DNA of 64,000 nucleotides from the NCBI GenBank assembly GCA_036149055.1, contig JAYZQJ010000143.1, positions 24,046 to 88,045 of the forward strand, read 5' to 3'. A model generated the notes under the pieces. That model saw only the letters and a list, made by a program, of their open reading frames with translations. It was not told the origin of the DNA and did no database searches. Source of the DNA: Myxococcota bacterium (GTDB taxonomy: Bacteria; Myxococcota_A; Polyangia; Polyangiales; Sandaracinaceae). Below are positions 27,332 through 36,884 of the stretch, piece by piece; position 1 is the stretch's first letter; each line of letters starts with the position of its first letter. The position numbers and the translations under genes were made by a program.

Positions 27332-28779
27332 GGCGCGTGGCGACGATGGCGATCCTGCTCGCGGCGTGCGGCGGGCCCGAGCCTCGCTACGGCGAGGCGA
27401 CCCTCTCGGAGGCGGCGCCGCGCGTCGCCCTCACCGGCACGACGTTCGGCCAGGCGGCCGCGCTCGAGCTCGCCCCGGGCTGCCCCGGTTACCTCGACGT
27501 CGAGACCCCCGGGCACGTGATCGAGGTCGAAGGCGACGCCCCGTTCACCGTCCGGGTGCGCTCGGGCGACGGGCCGCTCGCGCTCGCGGTGGCGCGCGGG
27601 GACGAGGTCCGCTGCGACAGCGACGAGGGCGCGGGCCACGCGCCGACCCTCGCCTACGAGGGGGCGGGCACCTACGCGGTCTACGTCGCCGCGCTCCGCG
27701 AGCCGGCGCCGCTCGCCTACGAGCTCGAGCTGTTCACCGACGGCGCGGGGGAGGGCCCGAGCGCGCCCGCGAGCGACATCCGCGACGTCAGCGTCACCAT
27801 CACCAGTGATCCGCCGGGCGCCCAGGTGCGCGATCAGGGCGGTCAGGTCGTCGGCGTGACCCCGGCGATGTTCATGGTGAGCCTGCCGGCCGCCGAGGCG
27901 GGGCAGGAGCGCCGCTGGACCCTGTCGCTGCCCGACCACGAGGAGGTCACCGTCACCGGCACCGTGACCGAGGGCGCGCTGGTCCTGCACGGGCAGCTCC
28001 CCGCGATCGGCCCGACGGTGGTCGACGTGAGCGCCTCCGAGTCACAGCCGATCCGCGACTACCAGAGCGCGGCGCTCGCGGTGGAGGTGGCCGAGGACTG
28101 CGCCATCACCGAGGCGGAGCTCGGCGTCGACGTGCGGCACAGCTTCATCGGCGATCTCCGGGTCGTGCTGCGCACCCCATGGAGCGAGGACCTCGTGCTC
28201 CAGCGTCATCAGGGCGGCGGCCGGCGCAACCTCCGGCGCACCTGGGACCTCGACGATCGGCAGCTCTCGGGCCTGCGCGGTCGGAGCACGCGCGGGCGCT
28301 GGACGATGATCGTGCACGACGACGCGGGCGCCGATCAGGGCAGCTTCGATCGCTTCGACGTGCACCTCGCCTGCGCGCCCGGGGGCGTCCGGGTCTCGCC
28401 GAGCGTCGAGCCGCCGGATCCCTCGCCGAGCCCGACGCCTTCGCCGAGCCCGACGCCGACCCCGTCGACCAGCCTGCCGGACCTCCCGCCGCGCACCGAG
28501 ATCGTGCGGGTGATGAGCGGCCTCCGCCCGCGGGTGGAGCAGTGCGGTCGGCAGGGCGGCAACGTGCGGGTCCTCGCGACCGTCTCCGGCTCCACCGGGC
28601 GCGTGACCCGTACCACCGGGAGCGGCACCGCCTCGGCCCAGGAGCGCTCGTGCGTGCTCCGGGTGGTGCGCGGCGCCCGCTTCTCCCGCTTCCGGCGGAG
28701 CGAGCTCGACGTCGACTACACCTACGACCTCCCGAGGCGCGGCGCGCAGCAGGGGGACGTGCTCGACCCCTGGAACTAG
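27328..28779 (+). CDS. Lipoprotein with PEGA-like and proprotein-convertase P-domain
   Basis: ILLAAC lipobox; ITSDPPGAQV...GVTP (PEGA); VDVRHSFIGDLRVVL...GRWTMIVHDDAGADQG (P-domain); Pro/Ser/Thr linker. Confidence 0.8.
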   Translation: MRRVATMAILLAACGGPEPRYGEATLSEAAPRVALTGTTFGQAAALELAPGCPGYLDVETPGHVIEVEGDAPFTVRVRSGDGPLALAVARGDEVRCDSDEGAGHAPTLAYEGAGTYAVYVAALREPAPLAYELELFTDGAGEGPSAPASDIRDVSVTITSDPPGAQVRDQGGQVVGVTPAMFMVSLPAAEAGQERRWTLSLPDHEEVTVTGTVTEGALVLHGQLPAIGPTVVDVSASESQPIRDYQSAALAVEVAEDCAITEAELGVDVRHSFIGDLRVVLRTPWSEDLVLQRHQGGGRRNLRRTWDLDDRQLSGLRGRSTRGRWTMIVHDDAGADQGSFDRFDVHLACAPGGVRVSPSVEPPDPSPSPTPSPSPTPTPSTSLPDLPPRTEIVRVMSGLRPRVEQCGRQGGNVRVLATVSGSTGRVTRTTGSGTASAQERSCVLRVVRGARFSRFRRSELDVDYTYDLPRRGAQQGDVLDPWN

Positions 28780-28800
28780 TGCTGCGAGTATGCTCGGCGG

Positions 28801-29229
28801 GTGGCGCTCTCTCAGCTCATCTACGTCAGCCGGGCGACCCGCAAGCTGACCCTCCGCGACACCATGGCGATCCTGGACGCCGCCAAGCCCAACAACGAGG
28901 CGAACGGCGTCACCGGGCTGCTCGCCTACGGCGGCGGCCACTTCCTCCAGGTGCTCGAGGGGGAGGGGCGGCAGGTCACCGACACGTTCGCCCGCATCCT
29001 GCGGGACGCGCGCCACGAGGAGGCCCAGATCGTCGACTTCTCGATCATCCAGGCGCGCCGCTTCGACGACTGGTCGATGCACCTGATCAACCTCGACGAC
29101 CCGGACCGCCCGAGCGACGCGCGCCGCCCGCAGCGCTACCGGGCCGACGCCTCCCACCCCTTCTTCAGCACCGACCCCCAGGTCGCGTTCTGGATGCTCT
29201 ACGACCTGAAGATCGCGGCGCTGACCTGA
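28801..29229 (+). CDS. Short BLUF (blue-light, FAD) photoreceptor
   Basis: LIYVS (Tyr), NNEANGVTGLL, FLQVLEG (Gln), DARH, RRFDDWSM (Trp/Met). Confidence 0.92.
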   Translation: MALSQLIYVSRATRKLTLRDTMAILDAAKPNNEANGVTGLLAYGGGHFLQVLEGEGRQVTDTFARILRDARHEEAQIVDFSIIQARRFDDWSMHLINLDDPDRPSDARRPQRYRADASHPFFSTDPQVAFWMLYDLKIAALT

Positions 29230-29284
29230 GGCGATAAGGAGAGATCAGTGGAGCCGAGGCGACCGGCGCGGCCATGCTCTCCGC

Positions 29285-30352
29285 ATGCCCCGCCTCCTCC
29301 TCCTCGCGTGCTGTCTGATCGGCTGCGGCGCCCCGGAGGGCGGCGACGACGGCGGGCGGGCGGCCCCGGACGCCGCGGCCTTCGACGCCGCGACCCACGA
29401 CGCCGCGACCCACGACGCCTCTTCGAACGGCGACGCCGAGGTCCCGGTCGCCGACGCGGGTCCGCGCCCGGCCAGCTGCGACGACCCGGCCGCCGGGTGG
29501 CTCTTCTGCGAGGACTTCGAGGCGGGCGACGGCGACTGGGACGCGTGGTGGGCGGAGACCGACTTCATCCAGGCCCTCGGCGGTGACGACCGCGGTCGGA
29601 TCACCCTCGATCCGGGCGCGCACGGCGGCTCCTGGGCCGCGTACCTGCCGGCGGCCGCCAGCTCGGGGCACCGCGGCGCGACCCTCGACTGGTGGGACTG
29701 CGCCGGGGAGCAGGCCAGCGGGTGCGCGCTCGAGAGCCACGACGAGCTCTACTTCCGCGCCTGGGTCCGCTTCGCCGACGACCACCGCTACGTGCATCAC
29801 TTCCTGAGCGTCGGCGGGTCCCAGCCGGACGACTTCTGGTACGGGGGCACGGCGGGCTGCCTGCCGAACGGCGAGCTCGCGATGGGCACCACCGTCGACC
29901 ACCGCGAGGGCAGCCACGAGTCGTTCTTCTACACCTACCACCCGGAGATGCGCTGCGACACGCGCTGCGACCGCTACGCCGACGTGGATCGCATCTGCGC
30001 CGAGTGCGCGGCCAAGGGCCTGCCCACCTGCGACGCGCAGCCGCAGTGCTGCTGGGGCAACCACTTCGCGCCCGAGCCGCCGGTGGCCTTGCCGGTCGGC
30101 CGGTGGTTCTGCCTCGAGATGACGATGCGCGCGAACACGCCGGGCGAGCACGACGGCGAGATGGCCTACTGGGTCGACGAGGCGCTCGCGCACCGCGAGA
30201 CCGGGATGATGTGGCGGACCACCGACCGCCTCGCGCTCAACCGGGCGCGCCTCCAGCACTACATCACCGAGAGCGACGCCGACGGCCACTCGAACCGGGT
30301 CTGGTTCGACGACGTCGTGGTGAGCACCGAGCGGATCGGCTGCGGCCGATGA
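29285..30352 (+). CDS. Lipoprotein with jelly-roll/polysaccharide-lyase-like domain
   Basis: CLIGC lipobox, FCEDFE, ELYFRAWVRF, GRWFCLE...NTPG..DG...YWVD, WFDDVVVS. Confidence 0.7.
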   Translation: MPRLLLLACCLIGCGAPEGGDDGGRAAPDAAAFDAATHDAATHDASSNGDAEVPVADAGPRPASCDDPAAGWLFCEDFEAGDGDWDAWWAETDFIQALGGDDRGRITLDPGAHGGSWAAYLPAAASSGHRGATLDWWDCAGEQASGCALESHDELYFRAWVRFADDHRYVHHFLSVGGSQPDDFWYGGTAGCLPNGELAMGTTVDHREGSHESFFYTYHPEMRCDTRCDRYADVDRICAECAAKGLPTCDAQPQCCWGNHFAPEPPVALPVGRWFCLEMTMRANTPGEHDGEMAYWVDEALAHRETGMMWRTTDRLALNRARLQHYITESDADGHSNRVWFDDVVVSTERIGCGR

Positions 30353-30363
30353 GAAGGAGTGAG

Positions 30364-31284
30364 ATGGCGAGGCGTTGGATCTGGATCCCCCTGACCCTGC
30401 TGCTGGCCTGTGATCCGCCGCCGGCGGAGCCCGACGCGGCCACGCCGGACGCCTCGATCGCGGACGCCTCGAGCCCCGAGCCGGACGCGGGGGACCTCGA
30501 CGCGGCGGTGACGGTGCCCGACGCCGGCCTCCCCGACGCGGGCCCGCCCTACGAGCCCTACTTCTTCGACGACTTCGAGAGCTACGCCGACGGCGAGAGC
30601 CTCGCCCGGAACCCCTTCGGCTCCGCGGGACGCACCACCGCGAGCGCCGAGCAGGCGGCGCGCGGGAGCCAGAGCGCGCGCATGGAGATCCGGCGCGGCG
30701 ACGGCGGCGGCTTCGGGCGCTGGGGCGGCATCCTCCCGCTCCGCCCGCGCCTGGTGGCCGGCCAGGAGGTCTGGGTCCGCCTCGACGTCTACTGGCCGAG
30801 CAGCTTCGAGTTCTCGGCCACCCCGTGGATGAAGTTCATCCGCGTCCACACCCGCACCGAGACCGGCGAGAACGGCGGCTACAACGACCTCTACGTCGAC
30901 GAGGCCGACCAGCGGCGGAGCGTGCTGCGCACCATCAAGGAGGGGCACGACCGTTGGGAGGTCTACGGCGGCGACCCGATCCCCCGCGACACCTGGGAGC
31001 GCTACGAGATGTACCTCTTCCTCGACGACGCCTCGGTCGACGAGGGCGGCGAGGGGCGCGTCCGGATCTGGCGGGACGGGGAGCTGATCTTCGACCGCAC
31101 CGACGTGCCGACCCTGCCGCCGAACGGTGACGCCGACTACGTCTACCTCTTCACCTACTGGAACAACGAGCGCCCGCCGGACAACCACTGCTACGTGGAC
31201 GACCTCGTCATCGCCACCAGCGACAATCCCCCGCCCAACGTCGACCCGGCCGGGAACGTCTACCTCGGCGACTGGACCCCGTGA
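30364..31284 (+). CDS. Lipoprotein with jelly-roll/polysaccharide-lyase-like domain
   Basis: LLLAC lipobox, FFDDFE, WERYEMY, GRVRIWRDG, YVDDLVIA; AAGGAG RBS before ATG at 30364. Confidence 0.7.
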   Translation: MARRWIWIPLTLLLACDPPPAEPDAATPDASIADASSPEPDAGDLDAAVTVPDAGLPDAGPPYEPYFFDDFESYADGESLARNPFGSAGRTTASAEQAARGSQSARMEIRRGDGGGFGRWGGILPLRPRLVAGQEVWVRLDVYWPSSFEFSATPWMKFIRVHTRTETGENGGYNDLYVDEADQRRSVLRTIKEGHDRWEVYGGDPIPRDTWERYEMYLFLDDASVDEGGEGRVRIWRDGELIFDRTDVPTLPPNGDADYVYLFTYWNNERPPDNHCYVDDLVIATSDNPPPNVDPAGNVYLGDWTP

Positions 31285-31328
31285 GATCCTTGCGTCCGCC
31301 GGATTGGCCCTAGATACGGGTCGCTCCG

Positions 31329-33212
31329 GTGCGCCCGACCCCCTCACTCCTGCCGCTCCTCCGCGAGGCCTGCGACAGCCTCGCCGACGGCCTCATGTTG
31401 TTCGGCGCCATCCGCGACGAGGCGGGCCACATCGTGGACTTCGAGTGGCTCTACACCAACCCGGCGGCGACGACGGTCGTCGGGCGCGACGACGCCGACC
31501 TCCGCGGCAAGCGCCTGCTCGTCGAGATGCCGGGCAACCGGGACAGCGGCCTGTTCGAGCGCTACGTGCGGGTGGTCGAGACCGGCGAGCCCGACCAGCA
31601 CGAGTTCCACTACACGCACGAGGGCTTCGACGACTGGTTCACGAACCGCTCGACCAAGGTCGGCGACGGGTTCCTCGTCACCTTCCAGAACATCACCCGC
31701 CAGCGCACCCTGGAGCGCGAGCGAGACCAGCAGCGGCAGCTCCTGCACCGGCTCTTCATGCAGGCGCCGGTGGCCATCTCGGTGGTCCGACCTCCGGACT
31801 TCGTCTTCGAGCTGGCCAACCCGCGCTACGAGGAGATGGTCGGCCGCGCCGGGATCACCGGCAAGACGCTCGCCGAGGCCTTCCCCGAGCTGCCCCCGGA
31901 CGGACCCATATCCCAGGCCCTCGAAGGCGTGATCCGCGACCGGCAGGCGTTCTTCACCCCAGAGCTCTACGTCCCGATCGACCGCGACGGGGACGGGGTG
32001 CCGGAGGACGCCTACTTCATGTTCACCCTCCAGCCCATGGTCGGGGACGGGGGCCAGGTCGAGGCGGTCCTGACGGTGGCGGTCGAGGTCACCGAGCGAA
32101 AGCTGGCCGAAGACGCGCTGCGCCGCGCCGACGCGAAGAAGGACGAGTTCCTCGCCGTCCTCGCCCACGAGCTCCGGAACCCGCTGGCCGTCGTCAAGAG
32201 CGCGCACGGCCTGCTGAAGGGCGCCGCGCACGTCGACCCCTCCGTGCACCGGGTCGAGGCGGTGCTCGAGCGGCAGCTCGCCCACATGAGCCGGCTCCTC
32301 GACGACCTGCTCGACGTCGGCCGGCTCTCGAGCGGCAAGCTCGTGCTCGAGCGCGGGGCGGTGGACTTCGTGCGGATCGTGAACGAGGTCATCGGCGATC
32401 ACCGCGCGGCCTTCGTGGAGCGGGGGCTGACCTTCGAGGCCTGCCTGCCCGACGCGCCGCTCTGGATTCACGGCGACGCGGTCCGGCTCGCGCAGGTGGT
32501 CGACAACCTGGTGACCAACGCCCTCAAGTACACGCCGGCCCCCGGCCGGGTCGACGTCAGCGTGCGCCGGGGCGAGGACGGGCTGACGCTCGAGGTCCGG
32601 GACACCGGCGTCGGCATCGAGCCCGAGCTCCGGCGGCGGATCTTCCAGCCCTTCGAGCAGGCGCCGCAGAACATCGCCCGATCGTCCGGCGGGCTGGGGC
32701 TCGGCCTCGCGCTCGCCGAGCGCATCGTGGGGCTGCACGGGGGCTCGCTCGAGGCCGAGAGCGAAGGGGAGGGGCGGGGCAGCGTCTTCACCTTGCGCCT
32801 CCCCATCGGCGAAGCCCCGGTCGCCGCTCCGCCGCCCGTTGCGTCGACGGAGCGAGAGTCGCCGCGGCGGTTCCTGGTGGTGGAGGACAACGAGGACGCG
32901 GCCGAGCTGGTCGTGATGCTCCTCCGCCGGCGCGGCCACCACGCCCACCACGTGGCGCGGGGTGGGGACGGAGTCGAGGCCGTCGAGCGGGACCGCTACG
33001 ACGTCGTGATCTGCGACATCGGGCTGCCGGACATGGACGGCTACGAGGTCGCCCGCGCCCTCCGCGCGCTCCCGGGCGGCGACCGGCTCAAGCTCGTCGC
33101 GCTCTCCGGCTACGGCCAGGCAGACGATCGCCGCCGCTCGCGCGAGGCCGGCTTCGACGCCCACCTCCTCAAGCCCGCGAGCCTCGACGCCGTGCTCGAG
33201 GCGATCGCGTAG
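31329..33212 (+). CDS. Hybrid sensor histidine kinase (PAS-PAS-HisKA-HATPase-REC)
   Basis: FLAVLAHELRNPL (H box), NLVTNALKYT, DTGVGI, GLGLGL, receiver VVEDNED/CDIGLP/LLKP. Confidence 0.93.
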   Translation: MRPTPSLLPLLREACDSLADGLMLFGAIRDEAGHIVDFEWLYTNPAATTVVGRDDADLRGKRLLVEMPGNRDSGLFERYVRVVETGEPDQHEFHYTHEGFDDWFTNRSTKVGDGFLVTFQNITRQRTLERERDQQRQLLHRLFMQAPVAISVVRPPDFVFELANPRYEEMVGRAGITGKTLAEAFPELPPDGPISQALEGVIRDRQAFFTPELYVPIDRDGDGVPEDAYFMFTLQPMVGDGGQVEAVLTVAVEVTERKLAEDALRRADAKKDEFLAVLAHELRNPLAVVKSAHGLLKGAAHVDPSVHRVEAVLERQLAHMSRLLDDLLDVGRLSSGKLVLERGAVDFVRIVNEVIGDHRAAFVERGLTFEACLPDAPLWIHGDAVRLAQVVDNLVTNALKYTPAPGRVDVSVRRGEDGLTLEVRDTGVGIEPELRRRIFQPFEQAPQNIARSSGGLGLGLALAERIVGLHGGSLEAESEGEGRGSVFTLRLPIGEAPVAAPPPVASTERESPRRFLVVEDNEDAAELVVMLLRRRGHHAHHVARGGDGVEAVERDRYDVVICDIGLPDMDGYEVARALRALPGGDRLKLVALSGYGQADDRRRSREAGFDAHLLKPASLDAVLEAIA

Positions 33213-33252
33213 CCGGCGCCCCGTTCGACGGGTAGAACGGTCTCCGACCTCG

Positions 33253-33837
33253 ATGAAGGAGACCTGGCGAAGTCTGGTTCGCGTCGTCGGCCTGCCCCTC
33301 GCCGGTCCGGTCCTGGCGTCGCTCCTCGTGCTCCAGGCCTGCGGCGCGCCGAGGCCGAGGCCCGCGACCGCGACGCACGACGAGGCGCTCGACCTCCTCG
33401 CCACGTGGCTCGCGGTGGCCGGCTTCGGCGACGGCGCGGTGGACTACAGCTATCGCGAGCTCACCGCGGACGACCCACCCCGCGTCGTCAGCACCCGCGA
33501 CACGGCGACGGCGCTCCGGATCTGCGGTGACGCCACGCTCCGCGTCGTCGACGGGGGCTACGACGTCGAGCTGTCCGTGCAGGTGATTCGAGAAGACGGT
33601 CGCCTGGCCTGGGGGCAGCGTCGCTTGACATTCCGCGGGGCGGCTGGAGAGCTCGCGATCCGCACCGACGAGCTCCGGGTCGAGGGGGAGCGCCAGCTGC
33701 CGGAGGGCCCACGACCTCGCCCCTTCCACGGCGTCCACTGCGGCGGGGGCCTCGAGACCCGCGAGACCGACTGCGTCGTCCTGAGCTTCGACGACGAGCC
33801 GCCCCGACGACTCGCGTGGCCGTCCCCCCGGCGATGA
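33253..33837 (+). CDS. Hypothetical protein (possible lipoprotein)
   Basis: Fills the gap between genes; LLVLQAC lipobox-like; mostly GC-ending codons. Confidence 0.5.
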   Translation: MKETWRSLVRVVGLPLAGPVLASLLVLQACGAPRPRPATATHDEALDLLATWLAVAGFGDGAVDYSYRELTADDPPRVVSTRDTATALRICGDATLRVVDGGYDVELSVQVIREDGRLAWGQRRLTFRGAAGELAIRTDELRVEGERQLPEGPRPRPFHGVHCGGGLETRETDCVVLSFDDEPPRRLAWPSPRR

Positions 33838-33840
33838 GTT

Positions 33841-34551
33841 TCACGCCGCGCGCCGGACCGGCGGCCCCGGGCGACGGCCCGGATCGAGGCGCCCGCCAGC
33901 GCGCCGCCAGCCGACGGCGAGGAGCCAGGTCTCGGCGCGCTCGGCCGGCGACGCGCGGGAGGGCAGCATCGTCGGCGTCGTGTGTACCGCGCGCGTCCAG
34001 CCCTCGAAGAAGTAGCCGGAGCTGAGCGGGTCCACCCAGGCGGGGTCGGCGACGGCGACCCCGTGACGGCGGGCGTTCCCGAGCACGTAGGCGATCGCGT
34101 TCCGGACGCTCCGAGGCGTGGTGAGCGCGCGGCTGTGGTAGCGGTCGGCGAAGACGCGACCCTTGCGCCCCATCACGCGGTTGACCATGCGTGCGATGCG
34201 CACGCTCAGCCCCTGCATGCCGCGCGCGAGGAGCTCCGCGTCCTCCGCCTCGACGAGGAGATGGAGGTGATTCCGCTGGATGGAGAAGTGCACGATGCGC
34301 ACCCCGCCGCGAGCGTTCGCCTTCGCGATGATCTCCCAGAGCCGCGTCGAGAGGCGCCGGCCGCGCAGGCTCCAGATGCCGCGCATGACCTTCAGCGTGA
34401 CCAGCACCGGGTGCCGCGCCGCGAAGCGCTCGCGGGTGGTGTGAGGGACGCCGGCTTTCTCCCCCTTGGGCTTGCGACCGGCGCCCTTCCGCGCGCCGCC
34501 GTGGGTGAACAGGCGAAGCGTGGCTTGCTCTGTCTTGCTTTTCCTGCGCAT
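33841..34551 (-). mobile_element. Y1/HUH tyrosine transposase (RAYT/IS200-like, myxobacterial type)
   Basis: HGGARKGAGRKP N-terminus, HFSIQRNHLHLLVEA (HUH), VFADRYH, AIAYVLGN (catalytic Tyr). Confidence 0.85.
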
Positions 34552-34634
34552 GCCCGCACGGACGCAGAGACCTCGGCGCGACTGACGCAAATCGCAAGAA
34601 AAGATGCGTCTCCGTGGGCTCTCGGCGCCGGCGC

Positions 34635-35314
34635 ATCTCTGCCGATTCATCTCGCTCCCCTGTTCGGTTCGGCAGAGATCCGCTCGCGGCCAGCGCGGCG
34701 AAGTCAGCGGACCGCGGCTCGATTCCGCAGAGAAACCGCGTCTTCGAGTGCGCCGCTCGGGGGCGCAGCGAGCCGTCGGGCTGGCGGCTCGATTCGGCAG
34801 AGATCCGCTGCCGCCGCCGATCGGACGGCCGCTCCCCTCGATTCGCCGGAGGTCCGCTCCCGGCCGGCGTCGAGGGCGGGGCCCGCGAGGGATCTCTGCC
34901 GATTCATGTCGCGTCCCGCGGACCTTCGGCAACGCCCCCCGTGCCGCGAAGCCATCGCGGCTCGATTCGGCAGAGCTCCCGGCGCCGCGAAGCCATCGGG
35001 GCGGGGGCATGGACGAGGCCGGGCCCGAGTCGGGCGCGACCGCCGGGGCCGCGGCATCTCTGCCGATTCATGCCGTGCTCCGCTCGATTCGGCACAGCTC
35101 GGGGGATTCCAGCGCCTCGACGGCGAGGGGCGTGGGGCTCGAGCTGTGCCGATTCATGTCCTGGCTCGCACGGCTGCGCTCGGCGGTCTGCCGCGCCGTG
35201 CGGACGCGCTCCAGGCGATCCTGTCGCGACCTCCATCGAGGGCAGCTCGCGGGACAGTAGGTCGAGGACCCGGCTTCCGAGCATGCTCAGCGGACCCGTT
35301 CGGCAGAGATCCGC
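34635..35314. repeat. REP-like cluster upstream of the RAYT-like gene
   Basis: ATCTCTGCCGATTCAT-type copies at about 34635, 34892, 35056 and 35141; opposite-orientation (CTCG)ATTCGGCAGAG-type copies at about 34666, 34717, 34784, 34957, 35082 and 35298. Confidence 0.8.
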
Positions 35315-35320
35315 GCCCTC

Positions 35321-36883
35321 TCAGTCGAAGCGGCGGAACATCGGCTCGGCTTCGGGCTCGCTCGGGGTCGGTCGGCTGCGGCCGCGGCGGGGGAGGCGCT
35401 GGAGGCCGATCTGGAGGAGCTGGCTCATCTCGGGGCGGACCTCGCGCTCGAGCGGGCGGTAGCCGTCGCGCTCCAGGCGGAGGGTCCGGGGCTCTTCGCT
35501 GCGCGGCACGGTGAGCTCGGTGGGGGTCTCGCCCAGGACCTCACCGTCGAGCGAGACGGTGGCTCCGGCGGGGGTGGTCTCGACCCGGAGCACGACCTCC
35601 TCGGGGGGCGCGACCGGAGGCTCGGGCGGCGGCGCCTCCACGGGCGCCGGCTCGGGCTCCGGCGCTGGAGTCGACGGCGCGGCGGCGCGGACGTCGTCCT
35701 CCGCGCCCTGGAGGGCGAGGAAGCCGAGGGTGCCGGCGAAGGCGAGCGCGAACACGGCGACGCCGAAGGCGAGCCAGCCGCGTCGACGGTGGGGCGGCGG
35801 CAGCGGGCGGGTCGCCTTGGCGGGGCCCACCGTGGGCAGCTCGACGGCGACGTCGACCTCGGCCGAGGGGACCCGCTCGATCGCGGTGCCGCGCTGCACG
35901 GACTCGAGCAGGCGCCGCTTCTCCTCGACCCGGGTGGCGAAGAGCAGGCGCATGAGGGCGGCGAGGTTCTCGCCCGGCAGGCTGTCGCCCGAGAGCTCGC
36001 GGGTGAGCAGCGCGAGGTCTCGCCTGAGATCGGCGGCGGTCGCGTAGCGGTCCTGCGGGTCGGCCGCGAGCGCGCGCAGGCAGATCTCCTCGAGCCGCTT
36101 CGGGTAGCCCTCGATCAGGCGGGTCGGCGGGGTGACGAGGCCCTCGCGCACCGCCCGGAGCGACTCCACCGCGCTGCCGCGCTTGAAGAGCCGGCGCCCG
36201 GTCGAGAGCTCGTAGAGGACGACGCCGAGCGCGAAGACGTCGCTGCGTCGGTCGATCGGCAGACCCTCGGCCTGCTCCGGGGACATGTACTCGAACTTGC
36301 CCTTGAGCGTGCCGGCCTCGGTCTGGGAGATGCGGTCCTTCGCCTTGGCGATGCCGAAGTCGAGCACCTTCACCGAGCCGTCGTAGGTGATGAAGAGGTT
36401 CTGGGGCGAGACGTCCCGGTGCACGAGGCTCATGCTCTCGCCGTCCGCGTCCTTCAGCTCGTGGGCCGCGTGCAGGCCCGCGCACGCCTCGGCGACGATG
36501 TGGGCGCACAGCGCGAGCTCGATCGGGCGGCCGAGGGCGCTGGCCCGCCGCATCACGCTCGCCGCGCTCTCGCCCTGGAGGTACTCCATCACCAGGTAGA
36601 GCTCGCCGCCCTCCTGCCCGAGCTCGTGCACCTGCACGACGTTCGGGTGGTGGATCCGGGCGGCGATGCGCGCCTCGTCCAGGAACATGCTGACGAAGGT
36701 CGGAAGCTCCGCGTACTGCGCTAGGATGCGCTTGATCACCACGGCGCGCTCGAACCCGCTCGGGCCGAGCACCCGGCCGAGGAGGATCTCGGCCATCCCC
36801 CCGGTTGCCAGGCGGGCCAGCACTTCGTACCGTCCGATCGCGCCTGCGGGGGCGGCGTCACTGCCCGGAGCCACTGCGTTCAC
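35321..36883 (-). CDS. Membrane Ser/Thr protein kinase with C-terminal PEGA domain
   Basis: GGMAEI, VVIK, HRDVSPQN, DFG, GKFEYMSPE; one transmembrane segment; VETTPAGATVSLDGEVLGETP. Confidence 0.93.
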   Translation of the reverse strand: MNAVAPGSDAAPAGAIGRYEVLARLATGGMAEILLGRVLGPSGFERAVVIKRILAQYAELPTFVSMFLDEARIAARIHHPNVVQVHELGQEGGELYLVMEYLQGESAASVMRRASALGRPIELALCAHIVAEACAGLHAAHELKDADGESMSLVHRDVSPQNLFITYDGSVKVLDFGIAKAKDRISQTEAGTLKGKFEYMSPEQAEGLPIDRRSDVFALGVVLYELSTGRRLFKRGSAVESLRAVREGLVTPPTRLIEGYPKRLEEICLRALAADPQDRYATAADLRRDLALLTRELSGDSLPGENLAALMRLLFATRVEEKRRLLESVQRGTAIERVPSAEVDVAVELPTVGPAKATRPLPPPHRRRGWLAFGVAVFALAFAGTLGFLALQGAEDDVRAAAPSTPAPEPEPAPVEAPPPEPPVAPPEEVVLRVETTPAGATVSLDGEVLGETPTELTVPRSEEPRTLRLERDGYRPLEREVRPEMSQLLQIGLQRLPRRGRSRPTPSEPEAEPMFRRFD

Positions 36884-36884
36884 G

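Noticed and set aside
33982..35514. ORFs over the REP-like cluster and the long N-terminal extension of the transposase ORF to 35010
   Set aside because: They are repeat-derived; recognisable transposase sequence starts at ATG 34551
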